Source of the DNA: a virus
Lineage: Duplodnaviria; Heunggongvirae; Uroviricota; Caudoviricetes
Strand: one strand, 5' to 3'
Virus record (IMG/VR): IMGVR_UViG_3300012940_000021
Location: 63,912 to 127,911 of that record
Length of the DNA: 64,000 nt
The notes under the pieces were generated by a model that made no database searches, was not told the DNA's origin, and saw only the letters and a list, made by a program, of their open reading frames with translations. The translations under genes were made by a program, and so were the position numbers. Below, one piece after another: positions 51,061 through 59,407 of the stretch. Within the stretch, counting starts at the first letter, position 1. Each line of letters begins with the position of its first letter.

Positions 51061-51160
51061 GGTGTCCCCTGACAAGGGGTCAAGATTTGAAACTCGATCA
51101 GGCGACTGCCGAACTAGCCTTTAGGCTAGTTCGATTCTGAGAATCGGTCAAGTCAAGGTC
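51061..51160 (-). terminator. cluster of three stem-loops (CCCCTGACAAGGGG; GAACTAGCCTTTAGGCTAGTTC; GATTCTGAGAATC) in intergenic gap
   Basis: seen in sequence. Confidence 0.5.
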
Positions 51161-51307
51161 GTACTTCAGCAGCGCCCACTCCCGAAGCTGCTCAGCGAGC
51201 TTGTGGTCGCCTTCCTTCTCAGCACGGGCGATCAGGAAGCGGTACTCGCGCTCCAGCGTGGTCACGAACCAACCACTTCGGCGGAGCCGTCCCAGTGGAA
51301 CTCCCAA
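51098..51307 (-). CDS. hypothetical protein (69 aa)
   Basis: ORF. Confidence 0.35.
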   Translation of the reverse strand: MGVPLGRLRRSGWFVTTLEREYRFLIARAEKEGDHKLAEQLREWALLKYDLDLTDSQNRTSLKASSAVA

Positions 51308-51621
51308 ACGGGGAGATGGGTGCGGCAGCCGGAGCAGTACGTCAGGCCGTAGTACTTCGGGTCTCGGGCGAAGGTCTCCGCGATGGCGGTGGCCATGGTC
51401 GTCGCCGCACCACAGCCGCCGAGATTCGACAGGTGCTCGTTCAGGACGACGAGAGGCATCGGGGAGCCGTCGAGGGTGTACCTGTGGACGTAGGTCTTGC
51501 GCAGTGGTCGGACGAAGCCCTTGGCCCGCTCCTCCTCGCTGAGGACGAGGTACGCCTCCTGGAGGCCGTCCTTCCCCTCGGAGATGAGTCGTGGGTCGTT
51601 CGGGTCCGTGGTGATGGCCAT
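51262..51621 (-). CDS. hypothetical Cys-containing protein (119 aa)
   Basis: in-frame ATG (MAITTDPND...). Confidence 0.4.
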   Translation of the reverse strand: MAITTDPNDPRLISEGKDGLQEAYLVLSEEERAKGFVRPLRKTYVHRYTLDGSPMPLVVLNEHLSNLGGCGAATTMATAIAETFARDPKYYGLTYCSGCRTHLPVWEFHWDGSAEVVGS

Positions 51622-51641
51622 GGGAGCAGGGTATCGCTGGC

Positions 51642-51941
51642 TCAGCTCGCGGGACCGGACGCCACGCTCGACTGCAACTCGACCAGGCTGAGCCGCTGGA
51701 TCTCGACCCGCTCCTCGGTCCCGAGGGGAGCGCCGACGCCGTTCGTCGGACTGTTCGGGTCCTTCAGATGGGGGTACTTCGATTCGAGAAATAGCAGGTT
51801 CCTCCACCAGAGGTCGTACTCCTGGTCATCGACCTTGGCGACGCCGTAGTAGTACGCCTGCTTCCACTCCCGGATCTGGTCAGCGAGCTGCCGCATGTAG
51901 CGCTTCTGCCAGAGGTCCGAGGGGTAGACCGGCGTCCTCAT
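51642..51941 (-). CDS. NAD-dependent DNA ligase domain-Ia-like protein (99 aa), stand-alone
   Basis: LADQIREWKQAYYYGVAKVDDQEYDLWWRNLLFLESKYPHLKDPNSPTNGVG matches LigA N-terminal Ia domain pattern; no adenylation KxDG domain follows in frame. Confidence 0.4.
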   Translation of the reverse strand: MRTPVYPSDLWQKRYMRQLADQIREWKQAYYYGVAKVDDQEYDLWWRNLLFLESKYPHLKDPNSPTNGVGAPLGTEERVEIQRLSLVELQSSVASGPAS

Positions 51942-52104
51942 CGAGCGTGCCTCGGCGGAGGCTCTGGAGCACCGCTGGCGCGCCGTGTTGCGGCATCCGC
52001 GATGCCCTGCTCGATCAACGAGTCGAACGATGGCTCTGGAGCCGGATGCACTGAACGGGCCGCGAGCGCTCGTTGCAACTCCTGCTCGAAGAAGACCGGT
52101 CTGT

Positions 52105-52593
52105 TCACGGGTTCCTGGGTTGATGCCATGGCTTCCTCCACTCAATCCGGGGCAGAGCGCTCTGACGCTGGCGCTCTTCGTAGACGGCAAGTCGCGCCTC
52201 GGCTTCACTGACTACCTTCGGCTCGCCCACGGTCACGAACTCTTGAGGACGCATCACGGAGGGGGCGTAGGGAAGGAGATGAGGCAGCGACCCCGAGCGC
52301 TCTCGGGTCTTCGCCAGAGCGGCAGCCGTGCGCGGCCCTGGAATGCCGTCGATGGGTCCGAAGTACTCGCCCTTCGCGGCCAAGTCGGACTGGATCTCGC
52401 GCACCTTCTCCCGATCCTGCAACCGCTGAAGCTCCAGGAGAGTGGCGACCTCGTTCATCGAGGCCAGGGAGGTCTTCACCTGTCGCTCGACGGCCTCTCG
52501 CCGGTTCTTTTCCATCGCGGCGCGGACGAGAAGGTAGACGATGAACACGGCGAAGCTGCCGAGGCCAGCGGAGAGGACTGAAGTGATGTCCAT
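52105..52593 (-). CDS. membrane-anchored peptidoglycan-binding domain protein (162 aa)
   Basis: N-terminal TM helix; PG_binding_1-like GEYFGPIDGIPGPRTAAAL; GGAGG SD. Confidence 0.5.
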   Translation of the reverse strand: MDITSVLSAGLGSFAVFIVYLLVRAAMEKNRREAVERQVKTSLASMNEVATLLELQRLQDREKVREIQSDLAAKGEYFGPIDGIPGPRTAAALAKTRERSGSLPHLLPYAPSVMRPQEFVTVGEPKVVSEAEARLAVYEERQRQSALPRIEWRKPWHQPRNP

Positions 52594-52790
52594 CACGCCT
52601 CCCCCGACTTCAGATTCGCCTGCACTCCATCCAGCCGGGTGCGAACGCGATCCCAGAACTCCTCGGAGCCTATCTTCTCCGGCTCCATCCGGGCATCGTA
52701 TTCGTTGACCTCTGCAAGAACTGCCAGCCCCACGAGCGCCCGCCCGAAGGTCTTGGCGAGTTCGTCCATCATGGCTCGACTTCCTCCCAC
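52593..52790 (-). CDS. hypothetical protein (65 aa)
   Basis: ORF. Confidence 0.35.
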   Translation of the reverse strand: MGGSRAMMDELAKTFGRALVGLAVLAEVNEYDARMEPEKIGSEEFWDRVRTRLDGVQANLKSGEA

Positions 52791-53080
52791 TGGAGAGCCT
52801 TCCGGTCGAGCCAGACCTTGCTGACACCGATGGGCAGGTCACCGGAGGAAGCGGCGATGTGGACGAGCTGCTGCATCGTGCAGTCGAAGAGCCTGCCCTC
52901 CAGGCGCTCGGTGATCGGGTGCTGGAGCGTCCATCCGCTGTCGGTCACGCGAACGTAGTGGTCGGTGCCTCCGCACGCCTCGATGACGGCATTCCAGCCC
53001 GCCTGGAACATCGGGTCCACGGTGTCGTGCTTCGGAGACCCTCCGAAGAGGTCGTGGTAGGCATCCTTCATCGTCGTCAT
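52769..53080 (-). CDS. hypothetical protein (103 aa)
   Basis: ORF coupled to Mre11-like gene. Confidence 0.45.
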   Translation of the reverse strand: MTTMKDAYHDLFGGSPKHDTVDPMFQAGWNAVIEACGGTDHYVRVTDSGWTLQHPITERLEGRLFDCTMQQLVHIAASSGDLPIGVSKVWLDRKALQWEEVEP

Positions 53081-54129
53081 CCGACTTCCTCCAGGATCTC
53101 GATGGCGGTCTTCTTGACCTTCTCCGGTACGTCCTCGCGGCTCTGGATGTGCGAGATGACGTTGCTCGTGTTCGAGATGTCGAGCGTCGAGTGCCCGACC
53201 TCGGAGAGGAACGAGTCGAGCGAAATCTTGTCGGCCTTCTCCTCCGACGCCTGGGCGATCTTCAGGACCTCCTCGGCGGGCTTGTGCGGCACCGGGATCT
53301 CGATGAACCCAGGCTCGCCCAGCGTGGTGTAGCCGGTGCCGTCCGACATCTCGAAGCGCTCCTCCGCGCCGTCCGTCCAGAGGGCGACCTTGATCTCGCG
53401 CTCGATGTTGTACTCGGTCAGCGAGCCACGGGAGATGGCCCCCATGTTGGCGTAGGTCACGCCCTCGACCTCGAACACCGAGTGGTACTCGTGGATGTGC
53501 CCGTAGTACAGGAAGCCCTCGTTGCCCATCGCCGCCGACAGACCGTGCTCGCCCTGTGTGGGCACCAGCTCGAAGAGCTGCTTCTCGGCCTCGCCGGGCG
53601 GGTAGATCGGGGCGTGCGTGACCGCGAGCGAGCGCTCGGGGTAGCGGGGGTGCTCTTCGTCGTGCTTCGCCACGCGCCAGTTGTAGAAGGCGTCCATCGA
53701 GGCGGACTCGTCCGTGGTCCAGTTCGCCTGCCAGGGCACCCCGAACAAGGGCAGTCCGGTCTTGTCCCAGCCCACCAACTCGACGGCCCCGGCCTTGTAG
53801 AGCACCCCCAGCGGTTGCTTCTCGTGGACGGTGGCGAGCACGTCGTTCGAGATGTCGTGGTTGCCCGTGACGATGTAGAGCTTCAGGCCCTTCTTGCGGT
53901 AGTAGCGCACGACGGCGATCATCCGCAGGACCAGGGCGTGCGAGGTCTTCGAGGGCTGCTTGAAGTGGAACACGTCGCCCGCCCAGACGACGGCATCGAC
54001 TTTCAGCCGGTCGGCCTCATCCGCGATCCAGTAGAGCATCGAGATGATGTCGTCGGTGTAGCTCTCGGTGGCGTTCTTCGGGGGGCGGTCCATCACGTGG
54101 ATGTCCCCGACGCAGATGATCTTGGTCAC
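53077..54129 (-). CDS. Mre11/SbcD-like metallophosphoesterase nuclease (350 aa)
   Basis: CVGDIHV, AGDVFH, TGNHD, GHIHE phosphoesterase motifs. Confidence 0.75.
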   Translation of the reverse strand: MTKIICVGDIHVMDRPPKNATESYTDDIISMLYWIADEADRLKVDAVVWAGDVFHFKQPSKTSHALVLRMIAVVRYYRKKGLKLYIVTGNHDISNDVLATVHEKQPLGVLYKAGAVELVGWDKTGLPLFGVPWQANWTTDESASMDAFYNWRVAKHDEEHPRYPERSLAVTHAPIYPPGEAEKQLFELVPTQGEHGLSAAMGNEGFLYYGHIHEYHSVFEVEGVTYANMGAISRGSLTEYNIEREIKVALWTDGAEERFEMSDGTGYTTLGEPGFIEIPVPHKPAEEVLKIAQASEEKADKISLDSFLSEVGHSTLDISNTSNVISHIQSREDVPEKVKKTAIEILEEVG

Positions 54130-54145
54130 AGTGTCTCCTCAGGTC

Positions 54146-54445
54146 TTAGGCGGTCGTCGGGAGGGAGAACTCGTCACCGATGAGTTCTCCGTTCGGTCCC
54201 TTGCGTTGGCACTTCCAGGGGGTCTTCGGGGTCAGTGAGTAGTGCTGACGGTACGACCGGGACACAGACTTGCTGCGGTCGTCGGATCGCCGCATCTCGA
54301 CCGTCGTGTTATCGGCCAGCTTGACGAGTCGGTAGTAGGCGCTATGCCTCCAGAACCCGATCACCTTGATCTGGAGATGCTTCTCCAGGGCGATCACGTC
54401 TGCACTGTCCCAAGGCTGCACCCGGAGCACTGGATCACGCCTCAT
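54146..54445 (-). CDS. hypothetical protein (99 aa)
   Basis: in-frame ATG; upstream ORF part artefactual. Confidence 0.4.
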   Translation of the reverse strand: MRRDPVLRVQPWDSADVIALEKHLQIKVIGFWRHSAYYRLVKLADNTTVEMRRSDDRSKSVSRSYRQHYSLTPKTPWKCQRKGPNGELIGDEFSLPTTA

Positions 54446-54644
54446 CTCTCTCGACCTTCCAGTCGAGATCCCGGTGGTCCTCATTGTCGATGGTGCGCTG
54501 TGTGAGCATGCCCGCAGCCCCCACGATGACCCATCCGATGCTCGAAGCGAGCACCCGACCATGGATCACGTCGCCCTGATTGTTGGTGACGACGACCTTC
54601 TCCAGGTGCTTGTAGAGCGTCAGGTCATTCCCAAGGTGCTTCAT
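54435..54644 (-). CDS. hypothetical protein (69 aa)
   Basis: ORF. Confidence 0.35.
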   Translation of the reverse strand: MKHLGNDLTLYKHLEKVVVTNNQGDVIHGRVLASSIGWVIVGAAGMLTQRTIDNEDHRDLDWKVERDEA

Positions 54645-55115
54645 CCGAACAGCTCCCGCAAGGCAGCGAGCATGTCACGGAAGGCTTGCCCGAAATCCTG
54701 AAAGAAGGTCCGCACCGGGCCGGGTTCGCTGCTCAGGTGGATCTGGATCATTCTGTCTTCCCGTAGGGCGCACCGAAGTACTCGAAGGCGACGATGGCCT
54801 CACGCCGCACGAAGATCCGCTTCCGGGTGTCTCGGCGGAAGAACGGAATCCAGTGGAGTTCGGTCGTCGGCGTCCGTCACTTCTGACCCTTCGTCAGGTG
54901 CTTGAAGAGCACGTCCAGGGCCTCGCGGCGAGTGTTCCCTCCGCCGACCAGGCTGTCGTTCGCGTCGGAGGCGACCCAGCGAAGGAGCGGGCCTCCGGGC
55001 GGGGTCTTGCGCACGTGCCCGAGCACTGGACCGGACGGGCCGGTGCCGAGGTTGTTCCGGTCACGGACGACGCCGTTTCGAGAAACGTGGAGATGGTAGG
55101 TGGCCGTGGCGAGCA

Positions 55116-55298
55116 TCAGTCCCGCCCGATGACGTTGCGCTCGTCGGCGGTGAGCCGCATGGGCGCGAGCGGAGGCTGCACGTCGGTGCCTCCGGCCCGC
55201 CGCTGCCGACGGATCTCCCGGATGCGGCGACGGATGGCTCGCACGCGGGAGTAGTGCCACTCGATGACTTCGCGGAGTTCGCTCTCTTCGGGGTTCAC
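55116..55298 (-). CDS. hypothetical Arg-rich protein (60 aa), GTG start directly after right-arm motif
   Basis: motif-GTG arrangement as at 51041. Confidence 0.4.
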   Translation of the reverse strand: MNPEESELREVIEWHYSRVRAIRRRIREIRRQRRAGGTDVQPPLAPMRLTADERNVIGRD

Positions 55299-55312
55299 GT
55301 GTGTGATACGCC
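55295..55312 (-). promoter_or_regulatory. right-arm motif (GGCGTATCACACACGTGAA)
   Basis: seen in sequence. Confidence 0.5.
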
Positions 55313-55705
55313 TCTCGCTGGGATCTCGACAGGGGACAGGCTGCGGTGAGCGGGCCGCAAGCGGGGACGCTTCCCCGCCAGCTCGCGCTCGAACTTGTAG
55401 AGCAGGATGCGCTCGTCTTCCTGAGCCTTCGTTTCAGGAATCTTCTCGCTGCTGTGCCTCGGCAACTTCCCTCCTCAGTCGGTGCTCGCGGAACCGCAGG
55501 ATGGGCGGGACCGCGATCAGGGTGAAGGTGAGCGCGTTCACCAGGAACGAGATGGCCGTGAACACCGAGCCGCCCGTGGCCACGGTGACGAGGAAGAGCA
55601 CCAGGGTCGTCAGGACCCAGAGGACGCAGAAGCCGATCAGGACGGCATCCGCCTTCCAGGTCCGATGCCGATCCTCGGCGTTGCCGAACTTCAACTCCAG
55701 CCGTT

Positions 55706-55975
55706 TCACGGGAAGACAAGCTCCTCGCTCGGGACGTTCGCGGCGAGCGTGAAGATGCAGTGGATGGCGAAGGCGGACAGCTCCTCGCCGTCCTCGACCA
55801 GATCGAGCATCCCGAACAGCATGCGCTCGCCAGTGTCCCCCGTGACGTGGAGCGGCTGGCCGTCGCCACCGGAACGCAGCTCCTCGACCCAGCCCCGGAT
55901 GAACGCCGACCACTGATCGGACTTGGCGGTGAACGCCGGAGGGACCTCATCGGGCGGCGGAGGATTGAACGTCAC
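55706..55975 (-). CDS. hypothetical protein (89 aa)
   Basis: GTGA overlap with upstream gene. Confidence 0.4.
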   Translation of the reverse strand: MTFNPPPPDEVPPAFTAKSDQWSAFIRGWVEELRSGGDGQPLHVTGDTGERMLFGMLDLVEDGEELSAFAIHCIFTLAANVPSEELVFP

Positions 55976-56139
55976 GTCGGCTCCTCGATGACCTGCTCCA
56001 CGGGCTTGGCCGCGTAGATGCGCAGCTTGTACGGCAGCTCGACCTCAGCGACCACCTGCCAGTTCGCGTGCGGAGCCATGATGCGGATGCCGACCTCGGC
56101 CTTGACCGTGCCCTCGATGACCTCGCTGCTACGCGCCAT
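55972..56139 (-). CDS. hypothetical protein (55 aa; below ORF-track size cutoff)
   Basis: manually translated MARSSEVIEGTVKAEVGIRIMAPHANWQVVAEVELPYKLRIYAAKPVEQVIEEPT; good GC3 bias. Confidence 0.4.
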   Translation of the reverse strand: MARSSEVIEGTVKAEVGIRIMAPHANWQVVAEVELPYKLRIYAAKPVEQVIEEPT

Positions 56140-56731
56140 TGGTCATCACCCTCTTGCAGTAGCCACACTTCCCGCTGCCGTCATCGCGGTGCTTGATCGG
56201 GTCGTCGGGCATGGACGCGATGGGGCAGTCGTACTCCGGCGAGATCGGCTCCTTCGCGTCAGGGAAGTGCCGGTCGATGTGCTCGATGGCGGCGACGAGG
56301 ATGGACGCGGCCTGCTTCAGCTCGTGACGGACGGCTCCGGGGGACGAGACCTCGCCCAGGTGGCCCAGGATGTAGTGCGACTCCTGGATCAGGTGCCCGA
56401 GGCCCTCTTCGTCATCGTGCTGGATCGTGTAGCCCCGGTCGAAGTGCGTGAGCCGCTCGTCCCCGATCTCCAGGATGACGGCGGTCGTGGTGACCTCCTG
56501 CTCGGATGGCTGGGGGGTGCCCTGCTCGGCGTCGATCTCGCGGAAGCGCTCCAGGGCGGCGAGCAAGCCGCTCTGATCGAGCGAGTGCTGCCGGAAGTGG
56601 TAGCCGACCTCGAAGGCTCGGGCCACGTCGTCGTCCGTGTGGGGGCTGAGCGCGCCGAGGCTCTCGACGTACTCCTTGGCCAGGGTCTCGCGCTTCGGGT
56701 CCTGCTGGATGCCCTCGTAGAAGTCGGTCAT
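56129..56731 (-). CDS. hypothetical protein (200 aa)
   Basis: TAGGAGG SD after right-arm motif variant and hairpin. Confidence 0.5.
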   Translation of the reverse strand: MTDFYEGIQQDPKRETLAKEYVESLGALSPHTDDDVARAFEVGYHFRQHSLDQSGLLAALERFREIDAEQGTPQPSEQEVTTTAVILEIGDERLTHFDRGYTIQHDDEEGLGHLIQESHYILGHLGEVSSPGAVRHELKQAASILVAAIEHIDRHFPDAKEPISPEYDCPIASMPDDPIKHRDDGSGKCGYCKRVMTNGA

Positions 56732-56740
56732 CGTGTCCTC

Positions 56741-56962
56741 CTACCGTGTGATACGGCGCTGAAGGTCTTTCAGCAACGCTTCGGACTGCACGACGGTGAT
56801 GGCGGTGCTGCCGTGCTCCTGAGCGTGCTGCTCCAGCGAGTTGCCATCGACCTTGGGCGACGGGCAGCCGTCCTCGGTGCAGCGGAAGATGACCGAGGCG
56901 TTGGGGTCGGCTCCCTCCGCTAGCGGCTGGAGCACGAACGTGGTCTTGCGGTCGTTGGTCAC
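56741..56962 (-). CDS. hypothetical small Cys/His protein (73 aa)
   Basis: GTG in GTGA overlap; FRCTEDGCPSPKVDGNSLEQHAQEH. Confidence 0.35.
   Translation of the reverse strand: MTNDRKTTFVLQPLAEGADPNASVIFRCTEDGCPSPKVDGNSLEQHAQEHGSTAITVVQSEALLKDLQRRITR
56745..56759 (-). promoter_or_regulatory. right-arm motif variant (GCGCCGTATCACACGG) followed by TAGGAGGACACG-ATG
   Basis: seen in sequence. Confidence 0.45.
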
Positions 56963-57165
56963 TTCTGTCCTCTCAGGGCTTGGGCCATGGCCTCTTCGTC
57001 GGCAGTGAGCTTCCCGCCCCACCACTCCATGTGGTGCTCTCGGTTCCGGTGCTTGCCGGAGTGCCCCGGCGAGTACTTCCCGACGCCTCGGTCGCACTCG
57101 ATCAGGATTCCGTGCTTCAGCCCTCCCGGCCACGCCTGAGGGCAGGGGGTGTCACTCGCGGGCAT
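56959..57165 (-). CDS. hypothetical small Cys/His protein (68 aa)
   Basis: MPASDTPCPQAW...CDRGVGKYSPGHSGKHRNREHH. Confidence 0.35.
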   Translation of the reverse strand: MPASDTPCPQAWPGGLKHGILIECDRGVGKYSPGHSGKHRNREHHMEWWGGKLTADEEAMAQALRGQK

Positions 57166-57446
57166 CAGTACGCCTTCTTGTCGAAGCCGATGGGGTCGGT
57201 GTTCAGCGGGTCCTCCCACTGCTGCGCGGCGATGACGGCGCGGGTCAAGGTCTCGGCGTCGGTGCCGAAGTAGCAGTAGCCGTGCTCGTAGACCATGCCG
57301 TAGAGGTCCGGCACGGCCACGTGGACCCGCCAGTTGAAGATCTGCCGCACCACGTCGATGACGTACTCGTCGGTGCGCTTGACGATCCAGCCTCCCTGGA
57401 TCGGCTCCAGCTCGTCCCGGTCGAGCGTCTTCGGCTCAGGCATCAT
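57165..57446 (-). CDS. hypothetical protein (93 aa)
   Basis: in-frame ATG. Confidence 0.35.
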   Translation of the reverse strand: MMPEPKTLDRDELEPIQGGWIVKRTDEYVIDVVRQIFNWRVHVAVPDLYGMVYEHGYCYFGTDAETLTRAVIAAQQWEDPLNTDPIGFDKKAY

Positions 57447-58384
57447 CCCTCCCCAGTCCGTCCAGGCGGTCGAGGCGCGAGTACTCGGGGTTCGGGTCAT
57501 CCGCGACGACGTTGCGCTCCCACCACGCCCTCAGCGCCGCCAGGAGCCTCATTCCGAGCCTCGGAGGGCCGGGAACATCAACCCGGTCTTGCCGGGCCAC
57601 AGGTCGGCCTTCAGGGCGGTGGGGCGTTCCTCTCCGAGATCCTCGGGGAGCACGACGCGGAAGTTCTGCGAGCGCGTCCGGCCTTCCCAGCCCGCCCACT
57701 CGACCTCGACAGGCACTTCTCGGTCGCCGTAGACCAGCACGACGCCCTCGGGCGGGTGCATCTCGCCGCGCTGCCACGGCCACCGTCCCTTCGGGGCCTG
57801 ACGGGCTTGGCGCTCCGCTCCGGCGCGGTTGTCGGCCTGCCACGGGTCGATCATGTCGTTGCTCCTCTGCTCAGTCCACGGGTGGAAGGCCAGCCCTCCA
57901 GCGGTTCGTTCGTGACGCACACCGGCTCTTCCCAGCACCCGCTCTGGCACACGGGCTGCACCCCCTCTGGAAGGGGCTGCTTCAGGAAGGCGCTCTGGAA
58001 GTACGGGCAGGTGCCGTAGTCGGGGTCGTCCTCGAAATCTTCTCCGTCGTCAGCCAATGAACTCTCCGGCTCGGGTGTACTGCTCGGGGTAGCCGGTGGG
58101 GTTCGGATGACCCTTGGTCGGGTGCTCGGGGCGGAAGACGCACTGGCCCCGGTTGTCGAGCGGCTGCCCGCAACAGGTCGCCGTGCCGAACTCGCCGGAC
58201 GCGAGGAAGTCGGCTGCGTCGCGGTAGGCACGGGCGATGGCGGTAACGCTCAGGGGGCGACGATCAGGCACTGGGGGCCTCCTCGACGGCTCGGTAGGTC
58301 TCGGTCCACTGCGAACCCGACCACCAGCGCTCCAGGCCGGGTCGGTACGCCTTCCAGCCAGACGTGCGCTCCTCGGGCGCGTTG

Positions 58385-58756
58385 TCATCCAACGGAGACC
58401 TCCTGCGGCTCGATGTGGCCTTCGTCGTCCTCGTGGTCGTCGGCGTGCCCCGTCGCTCGGATGCATTGGAAGCGCACGATGCTGTCCTCGACGGCGACCA
58501 TGTGCTGGCACTGCCCCAGCTCCTCGGGGTACGGCTCGATCTCGTGCGGCTTCATGAGCCATCCGATGTCGTCCATGCCGAACACGACGGGGCCTGGCTT
58601 GGGCGCTCCCTCCCACTGCACACGGTAGGGCAGCTCCTCGTTCGGGTGCGTCCAGGTGATGACGCCCACGGTGCCTGCGGGAAGCCCGCTGTACTCGGTC
58701 GTCAGACGGACGGGCTGCCCCTTCCGCAGGGGCGGGCGGTACTTCGGTGCGGTCAT
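58385..58756 (-). CDS. hypothetical protein (123 aa)
   Basis: MTAPKYRPPL... Confidence 0.4.
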   Translation of the reverse strand: MTAPKYRPPLRKGQPVRLTTEYSGLPAGTVGVITWTHPNEELPYRVQWEGAPKPGPVVFGMDDIGWLMKPHEIEPYPEELGQCQHMVAVEDSIVRFQCIRATGHADDHEDDEGHIEPQEVSVG

Positions 58757-59349
58757 GCGAACCTCGCTGCGATGGTGTCGGCCAACCGGTTGAAGTCGTC
58801 CGGGTCGTTGTTCCACGCCGGGGTGCTCAGGTACTCCTGCCCGACCGGATCACCGGGCGCGAACGGTCGGTAGTCGAGGATCGTATCCCCGTCCTGGAGC
58901 AAGCGATAGGCGGGGTCGTTCGGGGTCCAGAGCTTGGTGATGGTCATCCCGACGGGGCCGGGCACGTTCAGCCGCCCCGGACGGTCGAACTGGTCGGCGC
59001 TGATGTCGATCAGGTGGCGGGGCTGCCCCGGCTCGCGCACGATGGCCACCAGATGCCCGTTCCAGCCGTCGGGGGGCACATCCCCCTGCCGGAAGCCGAC
59101 GCCCAGGTTGTACGCCTCGTCCGGCCACTGCTTGAACGGCACGTTCGCGTTCATGAGGTTCCAGGACAGGCGGTTCATGACGGCCACGCGCACCGGCTGC
59201 GGCCTCGCAGGGATGCCCAGGCGCTCGAACACGAGGAGTCCCAGCCGGGTGGACTCGATGCACGAGTTGACCTCGCACCACGACAGCACCGCGTTGCGGA
59301 CTTCGAGCGCGACCTCTCCGACGAGGGTCGTTTCCTGGGTCATCGTCAT
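58753..59349 (-). CDS. hypothetical protein (198 aa)
   Basis: TAGGAGG SD; upstream GGATGGCAAATGCCATCC palindrome. Confidence 0.45.
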   Translation of the reverse strand: MTMTQETTLVGEVALEVRNAVLSWCEVNSCIESTRLGLLVFERLGIPARPQPVRVAVMNRLSWNLMNANVPFKQWPDEAYNLGVGFRQGDVPPDGWNGHLVAIVREPGQPRHLIDISADQFDRPGRLNVPGPVGMTITKLWTPNDPAYRLLQDGDTILDYRPFAPGDPVGQEYLSTPAWNNDPDDFNRLADTIAARFA

Positions 59350-59389
59350 GCCGCCTCCTAATCGTTGACCTGGGGTCAGTTTACCACAT

Positions 59390-59407
59390 GGATGGCAAAT
59401 GCCATCC
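59390..59407. promoter_or_regulatory. perfect 8-bp-arm palindrome GGATGGCAAATGCCATCC upstream of gene 58753-59349 (operator- or terminator-like)
   Basis: seen in sequence. Confidence 0.35.
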
